Shown here one piece after another: positions 61,523 to 64,000 of a stretch of DNA of 64,000 nt. Position 1 is the stretch's first letter. Each line of letters begins with the position of its first letter. Both the position numbers and the translations under genes were made by a program. The notes under the pieces were generated by a model. The model worked only from the letters and a program-made list of their open reading frames with translations. It ran no database searches and was not told where the DNA came from. Source of the stretch: Selaginella moellendorffii (lineage: Eukaryota; Plantae; Lycopodiophyta); NCBI RefSeq assembly GCF_000143415.4, contig NW_003314275.1, positions 496,001 through 560,000 of the forward strand. The letters run 5' to 3'.

Positions 61523-64000
61523 TTTGAGTGGTGATTCATTATTGTTTTCTTTTAGGTTTTTTATGGTGTTGATGGCATTGAAGTGATGCCCTGTCATTAA
61601 CATTGTTGATGATTAGATGCAAGTGAAATGAAATGTTTCTTCATAGGATTAATATTGAGTTTCATTAGTCTCGATGTAGATAGTGTTAATGATTTGGCTA
61701 TAGCTTTCTGTTATTAGCATTCGTGCATTTGCTAGTTAGCAACTGTATTGATGTTCAAATGAACCAAGTGGCAAATTTGAGTTAGTTATGTTTTAAACGA
61801 GTTTATTTAGTAGAGGTTGAGATTTGGCTTTTCCTTAAAAAGTGATTCAATCGTGGACTATACTAGCCTTACCAGTGAAAGAGTTAATGATTGATATTGA
61901 AGTGATTGAATCCTTGTTGAATTTAAGTTGGGATATATCAATCATTAATGATTCTTCTTATACTTGTTATGAAGTGAATTATGTCTTTCTATAAATGAAT
62001 TTATGGAGGATAATTTAGTGATCACTTGTTGAGCATAGCTCCATTATGCTTGGTTTTTGGATTGATGCAAATATACTCTTCATTAACTTTGATATTGTGA
62101 AGTTTGGCTTATGGATTTGTTAAAAAAGATATTGTGGGTTGTTTTATGATTTTTTTTTTATCATTGAAGTTAGTTCATGCAAGACTTATGATCATTATTA
62201 AGTAAGACTTGGCTATAGGCTTCTTTGAACTTTTGGTTCTTGAGTTTTATACTCATTAGTCCATTTGTTTAAAGTTGTTGGGGAAGGCATTTTGGCTCAT
62301 TAGTTTCGATATTGAAGTTAGTATTTGCATCTGGCCATTATTAGTGATTATTAACTATTATCTAAGATAGTTGATTATTCTTGTCAAAACATTTTGCTTG
62401 ATTATTGTTGATCCAGAATGATTTACCATTCTTTGGGATGGTAGATTCTTTCTTCAACAATGATTATGCATCTCTTCATTGATGGGATGATTGATAATCT
62501 TCTATGATAGTTAGTTGTTCTCTTTGATGGTTTATGCCTTTTCACATTACTATATATTCCTTATAGTTTGTTCTGGATTAATCTTTTGGGTTTGAAATAT
62601 CAGTAGGATATTGCTAACACTTGCTTACACAATTTGAGTTCCTTCGTATTGTTGACAAGGATTTATTCAGATTGGCTAATGCGATAGTTAGCATGAACAC
62701 ATGTTTGTTAGTCTTTCAACATTCATTATATTCTGTTGACTATCGTTACAGTTGCTTCTGATAGGTTGAATGTTATTTCCTTTGGGCAATACATTTGTGA
62801 GCATTTTGTTTGTCATATTGATGATACTTAATGTTCTTTGAGTTATCTTTTGTAAGTTGTTTTACATGTTATCTACAATCTTTGATAGTTACATTTTATC
62901 ATTGAGTTTCCTTGATGATACACTAGCTATTGAATTTTGTTGGATAGTAAATCCTATGTTTTCCAACTATGTTGATCTTGGTGGTTCTTATATGCTAATA
63001 CTTGTTTATCGGATGATAACTTACTTGGAATACTTTTGTGTTCTAATATAAGATTTATTCATTGATAATTAAGTCTTGAAGTCTCGAAGTCTCTAAGATA
63101 TCATTGTCTATGACTTTGATATTCTCCATCTATTGATCTTTGAATTTGGGCCAGTATGTGCAGATTGGCTTTAGCACTTCATATGCATAGTGAAATCTTT
63201 AGTCATGGGGTAGCTTCTGTAAACTGGTTATATCACCCACCTTTCTGTCAATGTTCCTTATTCCATTAAAAAGGGCATGACCGTATAAACAATTCTAACT
63301 GCCTGTTTACAATAGTCTATCTAAACCTTACCGATAGGTTTGGTTTCTTTGTTCATGAGGGTTGGGGCCTCTAGCTTCTCTGTCTATATCCTTGCGGATA
63401 GGGGCATATCACACTTTTGTAAGCAGGGTGACACACAGAACAGCAAGGGTGGCTAACTCTGTTGGTCATTTCCTTGTCGGTGATGGCTGGAATGTATATG
63501 AGTTGGAAGTGCATCTGCATTAGACAAAAAGGTTACCCTAACTCATTTAAGTTGGTGCATTTCTCACATAGTGTGATCACCATAAACTTTTTTTGGAGTT
63601 GTTTCCTTGGTAGTGGTCTAAACTGGAGTATGCATCGACGAAGACATAGATCTTCCCTAAGGGGGGGGAGTGTCGCGAATGTGACTTCGGGTATCGAAAG
63701 TTACCTGTCAGGTAGTCCTTTTGGATATTCTTTCCTTACTGCCATGATGGCAGGAGGTCGGTATTGCAAAACCCGTTATTAATCTCTGCCTAAGCTAGTT
63801 AAAAAACTGATCTTCACATATGCACTTGACTAGATGAGCATAAGGATGGAATTCCTAAGTGCTATTAATCAAGCATACTTGACTTGGTTAGAGAAACTCA
63901 TTCATTAACTTGCATTTGCTAATGTTGGGAACCTCCGCGATATTGAACTTGGTCCCTCAATATTCGCTAAATGATAGCTTACCGTGTCTGCCAAACACCC
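61523..64000 (+). mobile_element. Family-D internal region, PPT (63659-63670) and start of 3' LTR (63671 to window end)
   Basis: AAGGGGGGGGAG|TGTCGCGAATG; LTR matches the D1 LTR. Confidence 0.9.

Overview
This is a eukaryotic, transposon-dense, heterochromatin-like window from a land plant. A non-seed plant, possibly a lycophyte, is inferred from the TE lineages and the ~50-60 nt introns. Most of it is a deep nest of Ty3/gypsy LTR retrotransposons, many with readable LTRs, PBSs and target-site duplications (TSDs). Removing the nested insertions (C 11187-19018; B1 21489-31345 containing D1 25518-30583; Tat 34395-47468 containing B2 34576-39472) leaves a ~7 kb decayed Mutator-like DNA transposon (~10300-48258) with two divergent, intron-containing genes. 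The minus-strand gene is a DDE transposase with a Cys/His-rich, GCM/WRKY-like N-terminal region. The plus-strand gene has an N-terminal ParB/Srx-like domain and a C-terminal beta-class N6-adenine/N4-cytosine DNA-methyltransferase-like domain, and its reading frame rejoins exactly across a 13-kb insertion. The element's putative right end carries phased TTGACTT repeats. The only apparently intact host gene is a small secreted Cys-rich peptide (55975-56268, minus) matching the kissper domain of kiwellins without the C-terminal barrel. It has three decayed paralogues and lies among inverted duplications. All protein identifications come from manual translation and motif recognition, not database searches.
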